Shown here: piece after piece, positions 1 through 7,943 of the stretch
Position numbering within the stretch: position 1 is the first letter of the stretch
Layout of the letters: the number at the start of each line of letters is the position of its first letter
Source: a virus
Lineage: Duplodnaviria > Caudoviricetes
Strand: one strand, 5' to 3'
Virus record (IMG/VR): IMGVR_UViG_3300011444_000018
Span: 1 to 35,903 of that record
Length of the DNA stretch: 35,903 bases
Position numbers and translations under genes: made by a program
Notes under the pieces: model-generated
Told to the model about the DNA's origin: nothing
The model's database searches: none
Seen by the model: the letters and a program-made list of their open reading frames with translations, nothing else

Positions 1-111
1 GGCTATCTAGAAAACATTGTGAAGATTTTTGCCCCGCTATCGCATTTAACGCCTCGTACGCGCGTCGCAAAAAGTTCACACTGGGGTACCAGCCTTGCTT
101 TTTACCAAGGG

Positions 112-567
112 CTAGAAAAAAGAATGCGACCGCTTCGCCTTATTAAGTTCCGTCGTCACAACGTCCAGCCACGGGCCTACGTGTGTCTTGTCCTCAAGCG
201 TCTTAACCCAATGACAGGGACGGCACAGTCCTTGCAGATTAGACCGGAAGAAGTACCCGGCGCTTCTGTCCAGTGAGAAGCGCCCGCTGTCCCGCGCTTG
301 CTGTACTGCTATCTGTGCCGGTACGACATGGTCAACGATCTCACTAATGTGCCTCTCACAGCGCGCGCATAACGGTTGCTCACATATGACCCGAGCCCGT
401 ATCGACTGCCAACGTAGACTCTTGCGGTATGCATCTAGCTCGGCAGTGTACGCATTACTGTGCTCGCGAGTGTCATCCACCTGGATAGGCGCCGGCTTGC
501 AGTCCTCGCAGTAGCGCGCGTCCTCTGGCACCGCACGCAAGCAACCCGCGCCGCTACATATGCGCAC
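112..567 (-). CDS. HNH endonuclease, terminase-associated (HK97 gp74-like)
   Basis: N-terminal Cys cluster, PLCARC, VDHVVP and NLQGLCRPCHWVKT motifs; sits after holin-like genes, where the cos/terS region normally follows. Confidence 0.9.
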   Translation of the reverse strand: MRICSGAGCLRAVPEDARYCEDCKPAPIQVDDTREHSNAYTAELDAYRKSLRWQSIRARVICEQPLCARCERHISEIVDHVVPAQIAVQQARDSGRFSLDRSAGYFFRSNLQGLCRPCHWVKTLEDKTHVGPWLDVVTTELNKAKRSHSFF

Positions 568-816
568 TTACTTTCCCTTCGTCAATAGCGCGCTGATTGT
601 GTCCAGCTTGCCCTTAACCTCGGCGAGCGCACGATGCACATATGGGAGATGACGCTCGATGAGATCCTTTAGGTTACGCTCGGAGGCCATAAGCCGAGTC
701 TCAAGACCCTTTACGTAGCGACCGAGCGCGAACGCCGCAAACACTGTAACGGGCCATTGAAGCGCCGCAATCGTATATCGTATCCATGTGAGTGGCGTCT
801 CAGCGTGCTGCTGCAT
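568..816 (-). CDS. Small membrane protein (one TM helix plus coiled coil), possible lysis accessory or holin
   Basis: Start moved to ATG 816, which overlaps the upstream stop (TAATG) and has an AGAGGTG RBS; hydrophobic stretch IAALQWPVTVFAAFALG. Confidence 0.6.
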   Translation of the reverse strand: MQQHAETPLTWIRYTIAALQWPVTVFAAFALGRYVKGLETRLMASERNLKDLIERHLPYVHRALAEVKGKLDTISALLTKGK

Positions 817-1046
817 TATTTCACCTCTTGCGGGCTGTCCTTCTTCATTCCGAGCGCCGCGCCCATTCCGCCTAGTAGCGCGGCGAAACCGAGGGCAAAG
901 CCTTGGCAATCGAAACCGCCGCTCTTGAATGCGTGCCATGTCGCAAGCGCGAGATACTGAACCCCGCCTGAGGCCGCAAGCACGCGAACCGGGCAGAACG
1001 TGTGATTGTTCGGCTCGGTAAAGACCTGGACTAGGAACTTTTTCAT
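816..1046 (-). CDS. Holin-like two-TM membrane protein
   Basis: Start moved to ATG 1046 behind GAGAGGA; 76 aa with two hydrophobic segments and a charged C-terminus (MKKDSPQEVK). Confidence 0.55.
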   Translation of the reverse strand: MKKFLVQVFTEPNNHTFCPVRVLAASGGVQYLALATWHAFKSGGFDCQGFALGFAALLGGMGAALGMKKDSPQEVK

Positions 1047-1062
1047 TTGTCCTCTCGGTAAT

Positions 1063-1225
1063 TGGCTGTTAGTGACTCGCAAAGTTACTTGGTTCGTGCA
1101 CAACCGCGTAACGGCCTGTCGTGCGATGAGTGTTAACAGCCACCCCATTGGCGCACTAGCGCCACGGTGCCAGCATCGGCACCAAAATTAAACGGACCAT
1201 AGAGCCGGTTAGCTAGTATGGTCCG
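1063..1225 (-). ncRNA. Structured intergenic RNA element with four consecutive hairpins
   Basis: Stems 1193-1201/1217-1225 (9 bp), 1166-1171/1178-1183, 1149-1154/1159-1164 and 1063-1071/1134-1142 (9 bp, with three nested inner stems). Confidence 0.55.
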
Positions 1226-1233
1226 CATTAGGC

Positions 1234-1455
1234 CTAAATCTCTTGAAACCCGGCCGGCAACTCCTTCCGACCGCCGCGAAGATGGCGCGGGACGATCTCT
1301 TCGAAGAACACTTCCAAGACTTCCAAATCGACCGGCTCGGCCGGGCATGAGTGCGTTTCAATAGATTCGTGTATTAGGCAAGCCCCGCATTCCCCACAAT
1401 GCCTATGTCCTGTAACTTCAAATCTCCTCGGCTTTATGACAGACTTACTGGCCAC
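1234..1455 (-). CDS. Small hypothetical protein with a Cys/His cluster
   Basis: HCGECGAC...HSC motif; overlaps the upstream ORF. Confidence 0.55.
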   Translation of the reverse strand: MASKSVIKPRRFEVTGHRHCGECGACLIHESIETHSCPAEPVDLEVLEVFFEEIVPRHLRGGRKELPAGFQEI

Positions 1456-1652
1456 TCGTCACACTCCCGGACGCGTTCGGTTCTGGGTCTAAAGGCGGTT
1501 TTTCCGTCGTAATCGAGTTCGTTTACCAAGTGCCCGTACTCAATCCAGTCAACATGCCCCGCTTCCATGCCCAACCCCATGCGTTGTAAGCGTTTTTCCC
1601 AATATTGCAGACTGTCGCGGCGTTTATCTCCCCTCACTATATGTGCTTTCAC
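1434..1652 (-). CDS. Small hypothetical protein (start may be GTG 1637)
   Basis: Co-oriented ORF filling the gap; the annotated start lies inside the putative promoter motif. Confidence 0.5.
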   Translation of the reverse strand: MKAHIVRGDKRRDSLQYWEKRLQRMGLGMEAGHVDWIEYGHLVNELDYDGKTAFRPRTERVRECDEWPVSLS

Positions 1653-1667
1653 CTGTCAACCTTATGA
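1632..1667 (-). promoter_or_regulatory. Phage-specific promoter-like motif, copy A (TCAT-N5-TGACA-N7-GCACATATA-N-TGAGG)
   Basis: 24 of 36 positions identical, ungapped, to 5032-5067 on +; both copies head an operon. Confidence 0.6.
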
Positions 1668-1742
1668 GCCCATTTAAGATAACAGCATTTAGTAGCCATT
1701 CGGGTACATGTACCTCCCGCCCAGATGGTACATAGACCCAAA

Positions 1743-1946
1743 GTGTCATCAAAAATACCCCGCTAGAGAGGTAGGTAAAAAATAAATCTATAAATATATA
1801 TATTATCATACACTTACAGACTTTTACACCCCTCTAGCGGGTCGCTTGCGTGATGACACCCCCTAAAAATAGCACTTAAACCTATCATTCTAATGTAGTT
1901 AAGGTGTCATCAAAAGTGTCATCAAAAGTGTCATCATGTCATCAAA
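1743..1946. repeat. Putative replication origin: GTGTCATCA(AAA) iterons plus an inverted repeat around an AT-rich core
   Basis: Copies at 1743, 1904, 1916, 1928 and 1937 (partial), inverted copy at 1851; arms CCCGCTAGAGAGG / CCCCTCTAGCGGG flank AT-rich 1776-1816; directly downstream of the primase gene. Confidence 0.7.
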
Positions 1947-1953
1947 CCGTCGC

Positions 1954-4050
1954 TTAGTCCTTGATTCTAAGCAAGATAACAGTTTTCGGTCCCTTTCCTT
2001 GCGGAGTCGCCGATTCACCGACTCGGACCTCTCCTGCCTTAACGAGCGCTTGTAGTGCCTTCTCCCACAGACCAAGCCCCCAGCGGTGATAGTTCGTCTT
2101 CCTGCGGAGATCCCTAAGGCCGACGCGGCGCCTGCTTCGCATGACCTTCCGGATGGAAGCCTCGCACCGCGCCTGCCTCGTCTCGCCCTCGGGAGGGGCA
2201 TAGAACTCCCGCATCTTTGCCAAATACTCGGCCGACTTAATTCCGCCGTCTACATCTTCGTCGAGAATACTAGCGTGTCCCTTTAGCCAAGCCAGATGTA
2301 GGGACACCCTCCATGCTTGGATGTTCAACCGAGCCCTGGAAACGCCTTCTGGCAGCATTAAACGGCTATACCAGTGATCCATGTAACCCAGTGCGGCCGG
2401 TGTTGCGTCGATTACGCGCGGCGCGGCCTCCAGGTGTTGAATAAAGGGAAACATCCGGGCGCGTAACGCGGTAAAGTCCGGCGCCCGGAGCCCCGACTTC
2501 GTCCGCTCTTCCTCCGTGCCTAGGATGTTGACTCGGGATAGGAAACCCGATTCAACCGACTCGACCTTGCTGAAGACCGAGTCCCACCCTTCTTTGGTGA
2601 TCCCGCCAAGCATTGAGTACATCAGCCGGCCCGACGCGGGCGGCCGGTCCTTCGTCGCCGTGCTGGTAAAGCTGTGGCGGTCAAACAACTCGCATAGCAC
2701 TGATTCAAGCCCGGCGCCCGTAGATTCATTGGCAAAATTGGCAAAGAGAGACCGTATCTCTTCCGCCATGGTGATAATGCGGGGCATCGGCTTCCAAAGT
2801 TCGAGCGGGTTGACTGTCTCACCCTTCTTAGCCTTCCGTTCTTCAATCGCGCGCATCAGTCCCGGCGCCGAAGCGGCCGAGCACACTTGGGCGCCGATAC
2901 CGCGTGTGCGCCAAGCTATGTCTTGCGGCGACTCCCACAACATCGGCGACTCTGTTCGCGCTAGTCCGTCCCATCTCTCGGCGCCGAAGAAGTCCTTGAC
3001 TCGCTCGGCTGACGTGCCCTTACCCGAGCCGGGCGGCGCAATCAGTATTGTGTACGCGCGCGGTGTGACTCCGGTGATAGGACACCGTAACCGGTCCCCG
3101 ACAAGGGCGCCGGTAACTGTGCGAATTGACTCGGAGAAAAACTTCTTCGGGATGTAGTTGTCTTGGGTGCAGAGGTCGGCAAACTCCCCGTAAAACGTCC
3201 CGGCCCATATCTCATCGGGATAGCGCGGGCGCGGGGAGTCCTCTAGCGCGTCCTCATCTTCATATGTGTCCGGACTGACACCCGCGCTATCGCTCCGCGA
3301 GCCATTGCCAAGAATCGCAACAGGTTCAGCCTCGGGCTCTGGCCACGAAGCCGCGTTCTTGGCAATTCTTTTGACTTCTTCCTCGTCCAAGGGCGGAATG
3401 CACCTGTCCGCGTTCACCTGGAGAAGAGCAACCTCTAAAGCTTCCGGGGACATGCCGGGGATGTTCCGAAGGCGCCCGGCGATACTGGTAAGGGCCGTGT
3501 TTCGGTTTTCCGTGATAGGCGCGCCGGCGTCTTTAGGCGTCTCGCGGCGTCGTAACCCAAGGATGACCTCCGGTATCGGGGCGGGTTTGTCATCACAGAT
3601 GACCTCATATCGCTCTTTGCTATCCGGGTGAACACTCCCGGCCGCCATCACATACCCGCCCGCGCTCTTGATGTCTCCCGAGCATCCGTTAAGTTCGAAG
3701 CCCGGCACGTCTTTCATCTGCCCGAGGAAGTATAATTGCGCGCCGAAGCCCGGCCGGCGCCCCGTCCGAACTACGTATGTGGGGGACAATTTTGTCGCGT
3801 ATGTCCAATCTATGAACGCCTCGTAACTATCTAGCCCATGGTCAATGTCCACAACGCACAGCCCGGACGGCGCGCAAGCGATCGCAACATTCGCGTTAGG
3901 TGTCCGCGCCCACCAATCCCGGACTCGTGCTTCGTCTCGGGTCGCGTCATGCCATCCGTGAGCCGTCGTCGGCTTCTTACTCTCGGGCCAACACGGGAAA
4001 ACGCGCCATCCGCGAGCAATACAGGCGAGGGCTATTTCGAGCATGTTCAT
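1954..4050 (-). CDS. Bifunctional DNA primase/polymerase with PriCT-1 and a C-terminal P-loop (DUF3987-like) helicase domain
   Basis: RGWRVFPC, ANVAIAC, VVDID, GGYVMAAGSVH (Prim-Pol); RNTALTSIAG...CIPPLDEEEV (PriCT-1); Walker A APPGSGKG; start moved to ATG 4050. Confidence 0.88.
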   Translation of the reverse strand: MNMLEIALACIARGWRVFPCWPESKKPTTAHGWHDATRDEARVRDWWARTPNANVAIACAPSGLCVVDIDHGLDSYEAFIDWTYATKLSPTYVVRTGRRPGFGAQLYFLGQMKDVPGFELNGCSGDIKSAGGYVMAAGSVHPDSKERYEVICDDKPAPIPEVILGLRRRETPKDAGAPITENRNTALTSIAGRLRNIPGMSPEALEVALLQVNADRCIPPLDEEEVKRIAKNAASWPEPEAEPVAILGNGSRSDSAGVSPDTYEDEDALEDSPRPRYPDEIWAGTFYGEFADLCTQDNYIPKKFFSESIRTVTGALVGDRLRCPITGVTPRAYTILIAPPGSGKGTSAERVKDFFGAERWDGLARTESPMLWESPQDIAWRTRGIGAQVCSAASAPGLMRAIEERKAKKGETVNPLELWKPMPRIITMAEEIRSLFANFANESTGAGLESVLCELFDRHSFTSTATKDRPPASGRLMYSMLGGITKEGWDSVFSKVESVESGFLSRVNILGTEEERTKSGLRAPDFTALRARMFPFIQHLEAAPRVIDATPAALGYMDHWYSRLMLPEGVSRARLNIQAWRVSLHLAWLKGHASILDEDVDGGIKSAEYLAKMREFYAPPEGETRQARCEASIRKVMRSRRRVGLRDLRRKTNYHRWGLGLWEKALQALVKAGEVRVGESATPQGKGPKTVILLRIKD

Positions 4051-4118
4051 TTGCGCCTGTCCCATACGGCCAGGGCCATCAACACGACGAGCCAAACGAA
4101 AAACAGCGCCGTTCTCAC
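4047..4118 (-). CDS. 23-aa single-TM peptide (MRTALFFVWLVVLMALAVWDRRK), not in the ORF track
   Basis: GTGA overlap with the upstream stop and ATGA overlap with the primase start; AGGGGG RBS. Confidence 0.55.
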   Translation of the reverse strand: MRTALFFVWLVVLMALAVWDRRK

Positions 4119-4252
4119 TTGTTCCCCCTATTGTCCGCGTCACAGACGACGTGATGCGCCGCCGCATTGAGGCCTTGATATGTCTCCCCGTCTTGAATCG
4201 GCCGCCCGCACTTCCAGCAGACGACCACGAGAACCGCGTCGGCTTTACTCAA
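4115..4252 (-). CDS. Small Zn-finger-like protein
   Basis: C-terminal part of ORF 4115..4492 from TTG 4252; CWKC...HHVVC motif. Confidence 0.5.
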   Translation of the reverse strand: MSKADAVLVVVCWKCGRPIQDGETYQGLNAAAHHVVCDADNRGNK

Positions 4253-4679
4253 CACGCACCGCCTTCGGCACGAAGACAACGTCCCGGCAGAGATAATTAC
4301 CATTAGCGAGTTCTGTGCACTTCTTCGGGTTGTATAAGATCTTGGCGATGTCGTGCGGTCCCATGACGAGGCGGCGGGGCGGGCGCTTCGCGGCGCACCC
4401 GGCCGATGCGAACGCAATAAGCGCGAGAGCAAATAAGCTACGCCTCGCGCCGCGTAGAACTCTATCCATGTCCTCTTTAGAGATGAGTCCACCTTTCGCG
4501 AATCTGTTGAATGCGTGAAAGTGAAACACGACGGGGCGAAGCGTCGAATACTTAAATCCTCCCGTCTCTATGCCCGGCGACTCATACCCACAGCGGACGC
4601 ACTCGGCATATAACTGAGCGCCGGCCGTCTTGGTTATCGTTGCGCGGTGCTGGCAGAAGAAACGAAGAAGGGTTTTCAT
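4245..4679 (-). CDS. Hypothetical protein: Zn-ribbon-like N-terminus with an internal TM/lipobox-like segment
   Basis: CQH...CVRC, then RRSLFALALIAFASAGC; ATGA coupling to the upstream gene. Confidence 0.6.
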   Translation of the reverse strand: MKTLLRFFCQHRATITKTAGAQLYAECVRCGYESPGIETGGFKYSTLRPVVFHFHAFNRFAKGGLISKEDMDRVLRGARRSLFALALIAFASAGCAAKRPPRRLVMGPHDIAKILYNPKKCTELANGNYLCRDVVFVPKAVRVE

Positions 4680-4948
4680 TGGGCGGCCGTCCTTTCCGCT
4701 TCAACCCACTCCCGCGCCTTTTCTTCGAACATCTCGAAGGCGGCCGGACTGCACAACGCGGAGACTTTAGCGTCTATGAACGCGGCAATCGCCGTTACCT
4801 TGTCCCCTTGCCCCTCGGCGCGTAAGAAGGACTCAATCCCGTCCTTGACGTAGCGGAACCAAACGGTAGGGTTATCGCTTTGATAGTTCGCCTCGCACAA
4901 TGCGCGGAACAGGTATAGCAAAAGGCGGTCAATTTTGTCTGTCTCCAT
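4676..4948 (-). CDS. Hypothetical protein, first gene of the leftward primase operon
   Basis: ATG 4948 with a GGAGGT RBS, just below a sigma70-like promoter. Confidence 0.65.
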   Translation of the reverse strand: METDKIDRLLLYLFRALCEANYQSDNPTVWFRYVKDGIESFLRAEGQGDKVTAIAAFIDAKVSALCSPAAFEMFEEKAREWVEAERTAAQ

Positions 4949-4968
4949 ACAACCTCCCAACACCCCGA

Positions 4969-4997
4969 AGAGTAGCGCGTCCGTATAAAAAGGTCAA
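4969..4997 (-). promoter_or_regulatory. Sigma70-like promoter TTGACC-N17-TACTCT
   Basis: Near-consensus hexamers, 17-bp spacer containing GGACGC. Confidence 0.6.
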
Positions 4998-5031
4998 TTA
5001 AAAACGCTATTTAATATTAACATCTGCATTT

Positions 5032-5067
5032 TCATCGAGATGACACCCTCGCGCACATATATTGAGG
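5032..5067 (+). promoter_or_regulatory. Phage-specific promoter-like motif, copy B
   Basis: Matches 1632-1667(-); followed by hairpin GCCGCG-AG-CGCGGC (5067-5080); upstream of the DNA metabolism operon. Confidence 0.6.
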
Positions 5068-5138
5068 CCGCGAGCGCGGCAAAGCATAGCGGCTAGTATT
5101 TGTCAAGCAAAAAAGCAACAGAAAAACGGAGGCAAGTT

Positions 5139-5618
5139 TTGGGAATTACGGTACAGATTGACAATCGCAAGGACTTCGAAGCCATCGCCGAAATGATTCA
5201 GCCGGGAGTATTGGCGGATATCGTTGATTTGGGAATGCAGCCTAACCCGTTCAAGAACGGCGCGATGCAGCACAAGGTACGTTTCGTCTGGATTGTCGCG
5301 GAAGAGGATAGCGAGGGCCGCCAAAAGCGAGTGTTCGAGCGGTTCACGCTGTCATTGAACGAGAAAGCGACTCTGCGCAAGCGCATCAAAGAGATCCGGG
5401 GGCGTGATTTGAACGCGGAAGAGTCGGCACCCGGCGCGTCGTTCGATATTGAAACTCTCGTAGGTTCGCAGCGCGTTTTGGTGCTCACGCAAGAAGACGC
5501 GAAGAAGCCCGGAGACAAGCCTTTCATTAAGGTGACTGCAACTATGCCCTCGAAGAAAGGACAGACGGTGACCGTTCCTTCCGACTTCGTTCGCGCGAAG
5601 GACAAGCCGACGCAGTAA
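5139..5618 (+). CDS. Putative phage single-stranded DNA-binding / replication protein
   Basis: IVDLGMQ...FTLSLNEKATLRK...FDIETLVG pattern typical of OB-fold phage SSB-like proteins; TTG 5139 with GGAGG RBS. Confidence 0.65.
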   Translation: MGITVQIDNRKDFEAIAEMIQPGVLADIVDLGMQPNPFKNGAMQHKVRFVWIVAEEDSEGRQKRVFERFTLSLNEKATLRKRIKEIRGRDLNAEESAPGASFDIETLVGSQRVLVLTQEDAKKPGDKPFIKVTATMPSKKGQTVTVPSDFVRAKDKPTQ

Positions 5619-5644
5619 AGAAGATCGTAGATTGAGTTTGGGAC

Positions 5645-5672
5645 GGGGCGGGGAGACTCGCCCCTATTTTTT
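5645..5672 (+). terminator. Rho-independent terminator after the SSB-like gene
   Basis: GGGGCGGG-GAGA-CTCGCCCC hairpin followed by TATTTTTT. Confidence 0.75.
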
Positions 5673-5691
5673 AATTAGGGAGAGAGTGGTT

Positions 5692-5832
5692 ATGAAAAAG
5701 CTATACGCAGAAGCCAAAAGAGAAGTGCTGTCTTTCCTGAATAGGGAGACGCGCACGCATGATAGTATCGCGAACGCGGTAACGCTCGTCGCCGAGGTTC
5801 TTATCATTCTTTGGGTGCTCAAGAGTCTGTGA
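5692..5832 (+). CDS. Small protein with a C-terminal TM helix
   Basis: ATG 5692 with GGGAGAG RBS; GTGA coupling to the next gene. Confidence 0.55.
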   Translation: MKKLYAEAKREVLSFLNRETRTHDSIANAVTLVAEVLIILWVLKSL

Positions 5833-6188
5833 GCGCCCGGCGTTTATGGGTGTTGTACCGCATAACGCTCGCCGAACAAAAAAGCATTGAAGAGTTTCAA
5901 GCCAATCATTCCGCCTTTAAGTTGCTGCTAGGCAAACGACTAGGCACCGATCACGACCACTCTACCGGCCTAATTCGCGGGCGTATCGAATGGCGCATCA
6001 ATCGCGCCCTCGGTCTCTTAGAAAAAGCTTCCGGGAAAAACATCTCGGCCGCGCTCCGCGCACTCGCGGATTACATGGATAACCCTCCGGCGACGACGGC
6101 ACTAGGCGGGCCGCGATACGGGCTGATTGGGTTAGCGAAGTACAAAAAGAAAATGGTCTATGGCCCGCCCGAAACGGAGCCACGATGA
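5829..6188 (+). CDS. Recombination endonuclease VII-like protein
   Basis: YRITLAE...DHDHSTGLIRG...NRALG signature; Zn-binding cysteines absent. Confidence 0.75.
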   Translation: MSARRLWVLYRITLAEQKSIEEFQANHSAFKLLLGKRLGTDHDHSTGLIRGRIEWRINRALGLLEKASGKNISAALRALADYMDNPPATTALGGPRYGLIGLAKYKKKMVYGPPETEPR

Positions 6189-6343
6189 CGAAGCCAGTGT
6201 TTAGAGACTTAGCGAAGGTCGTCTTCGCGATTGCCGAGAAGTCGCAGGAAATTGCGGAAATGACTCTCGACGACGAACAGACGGCCGCGTATTGGGCCTT
6301 CAAGGGGATGCTTGAGCACATCCGGGAAAGCGAGACCGCGTGA
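6185..6343 (+). CDS. 52-aa hypothetical protein, not in the ORF track
   Basis: MTKPVFRDLAKVVF...; ATGA and GTGA coupling on both sides; GGAG RBS. Confidence 0.6.
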   Translation: MTKPVFRDLAKVVFAIAEKSQEIAEMTLDDEQTAAYWAFKGMLEHIRESETA

Positions 6344-7173
6344 GAATTAGTTACAGCAAGTACATAGCATTCGTAAACAACCCGGAGCGATTCCGGTTGT
6401 ATTACATGCTCGGACTCACGCCGGATGGCGATGAGACGCCTACGATTATGAACTTCGGCCGGCGCCGGGGTCGGTGCTTTCACGAGATGTACGAAGCCAA
6501 GGGCACCGGGGCTCTAGAGATTGAGCGGCCGAAAATCCTAGCGAGGTACGGCGCAGAACTGCTGTCGAGAGTCGAGGACATGATAGCCGCTGTCCCGGAC
6601 CTCGGGCCGTTGGATCTTGTCGAGCGAGCATTCGAAGTTCCTATCGGCGACGGCAAACACCAAATCATAGGATACATTGACCACGGCTTTACAGGAGACG
6701 GGCATTTCCGCATTGGTGACTTCAAGAGCACAAAGGGCACACGGACAAAGAAAGATACTCAAGAATACTTTGGCAACCTTACGTCCTCGACGCAGCAACA
6801 CTTTTATCTGAAAGCCGCCGCCGCGCTCGACCGACCCACAAGCCTATTCACATATCACGTCATCTTTGACCGCAAGGATAAAAACAGCAAGCCGACATAT
6901 GTCCCGCTCGACCTCCCGGTCGAAGAAAATGGGCCGGCTTCTGTTGAGCGGACGATGTCAGAGGTATACGCCGCGTGCGAGGGTATCGAGTTTTACTCGA
7001 AGGTATATGGCAAAGAAAAACCTTGGCCGCACTCAAATAAATGGCCGTGCTGCGGTGACAAGTTTATGTGTGGATACCAGAGCATATGCGGCCGGACTAT
7101 CCCGAAGGGCGCGGAGCCGCAAGGATTCACTTACAAGTGGGCAGAGAAAATCCAGACGGAGGACGGACAATGA
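6340..7173 (+). CDS. PD-(D/E)XK family exonuclease (RecB/Cas4-like)
   Basis: ISYS start, GRCFH, VERAF, GYID, IGDFKS, QHFY and a C-terminal Cys cluster. Confidence 0.85.
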   Translation: MRISYSKYIAFVNNPERFRLYYMLGLTPDGDETPTIMNFGRRRGRCFHEMYEAKGTGALEIERPKILARYGAELLSRVEDMIAAVPDLGPLDLVERAFEVPIGDGKHQIIGYIDHGFTGDGHFRIGDFKSTKGTRTKKDTQEYFGNLTSSTQQHFYLKAAAALDRPTSLFTYHVIFDRKDKNSKPTYVPLDLPVEENGPASVERTMSEVYAACEGIEFYSKVYGKEKPWPHSNKWPCCGDKFMCGYQSICGRTIPKGAEPQGFTYKWAEKIQTEDGQ

Positions 7174-7943
7174 GCGCACTTTTGTACGCCGGCGATAACG
7201 TCGAAGTCCTCCGGCGCGTTGTCCAGGATAACTCGATACAGCTTACTGTAACGAGTCCGCCGTACGACAATCTTCGTAAGTATAACGGCTTTACTTGGGA
7301 CTTCGAGGCCGTTGCGCGGGAGTTGTACCGGGTGACGAAGTCGGGCGGCGTAGTCGTTTGGGTTGTAGCGGACGCTACGGTTAACGGGAGTGAGACCGGG
7401 ACGAGTTTTAGACAAGCCCTTTTCTTTAAAGAGTGTGGCTTTAATTTGCATGACACGATGATTTATGAAAAGGCGGGGACGGGCGCGTGCGGAAGCAATC
7501 TCGCATATTGGCAGACGTGGGAGTACATGTTTGTACTGAGCAAGGGCGCGCCATCCATAGTCAATCGTTTACGCGATATTCCCAACAAAAAGGCCGGATG
7601 CGTAAACACTCGCGGACGTGTAGGAAATGACGGGGCGATTAAGGATACTGTCCGAAGGGTAACGCCGGAATTTTCGGTTCGCACAAATATATGGCGGATT
7701 CTTGCGGGTAATAATGGAGACGATAAAGTTCCGCATCCGGCTAAATTCCCCGAGGCTTTAGCTCGTGACCATGTCCTTTCTTGGAGCAACGCAGGAGACA
7801 CCGTCCTAGACCCTTTCGCCGGCTCCGGCACAACCGGAAAGATGGCCGTAACGAATTCCCGGTCGTTCATTGGTATTGATATTTCACCCGCTTATGTGGA
7901 CTTGGCAAAGGGACGCATACCGGGCGCGGAGGTAGTACTTTGA
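7170..7943 (+). CDS. Solitary DNA amino-methyltransferase (N4-C/N6-A, beta class)
   Basis: VTSPPY precedes HPAKFP and VLDPFAGSGTT; start moved to ATG 7170. Confidence 0.93.
   Translation: MSALLYAGDNVEVLRRVVQDNSIQLTVTSPPYDNLRKYNGFTWDFEAVARELYRVTKSGGVVVWVVADATVNGSETGTSFRQALFFKECGFNLHDTMIYEKAGTGACGSNLAYWQTWEYMFVLSKGAPSIVNRLRDIPNKKAGCVNTRGRVGNDGAIKDTVRRVTPEFSVRTNIWRILAGNNGDDKVPHPAKFPEALARDHVLSWSNAGDTVLDPFAGSGTTGKMAVTNSRSFIGIDISPAYVDLAKGRIPGAEVVL

Noticed and set aside
1-110. Exact cos site
   Set aside because: The position after the HNH gene is suggestive, but the cut site cannot be identified from the sequence and the window ends here
1063-1225. tRNA or retron msr-msd
   Set aside because: No T-loop/D-loop consensus or cloverleaf, and no reverse transcriptase in the window
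1624-1809. 61-aa hydrophobic ORF
   Set aside because: Arises from the AT-rich origin and promoter DNA; no RBS
1904-1946. Tandem repeats as a mini CRISPR array
   Set aside because: Units are 12 bp, directly adjacent and have no spacers; they fit iterons
2516-3157. Long antisense ORFs (for example 2516..3157, 32602..33123, 25743..26252)
   Set aside because: Shadows of real genes on the opposite strand in GC-rich DNA; no RBS or motifs
6340-7173. Cas4-like nuclease as part of a CRISPR system
   Set aside because: No other cas genes or array; solo PD-(D/E)XK nucleases are routine in phage replication modules
7170-7943. Restriction-modification system
   Set aside because: No cognate endonuclease; neighbours are ordinary replication-module genes, so it is an orphan methyltransferase
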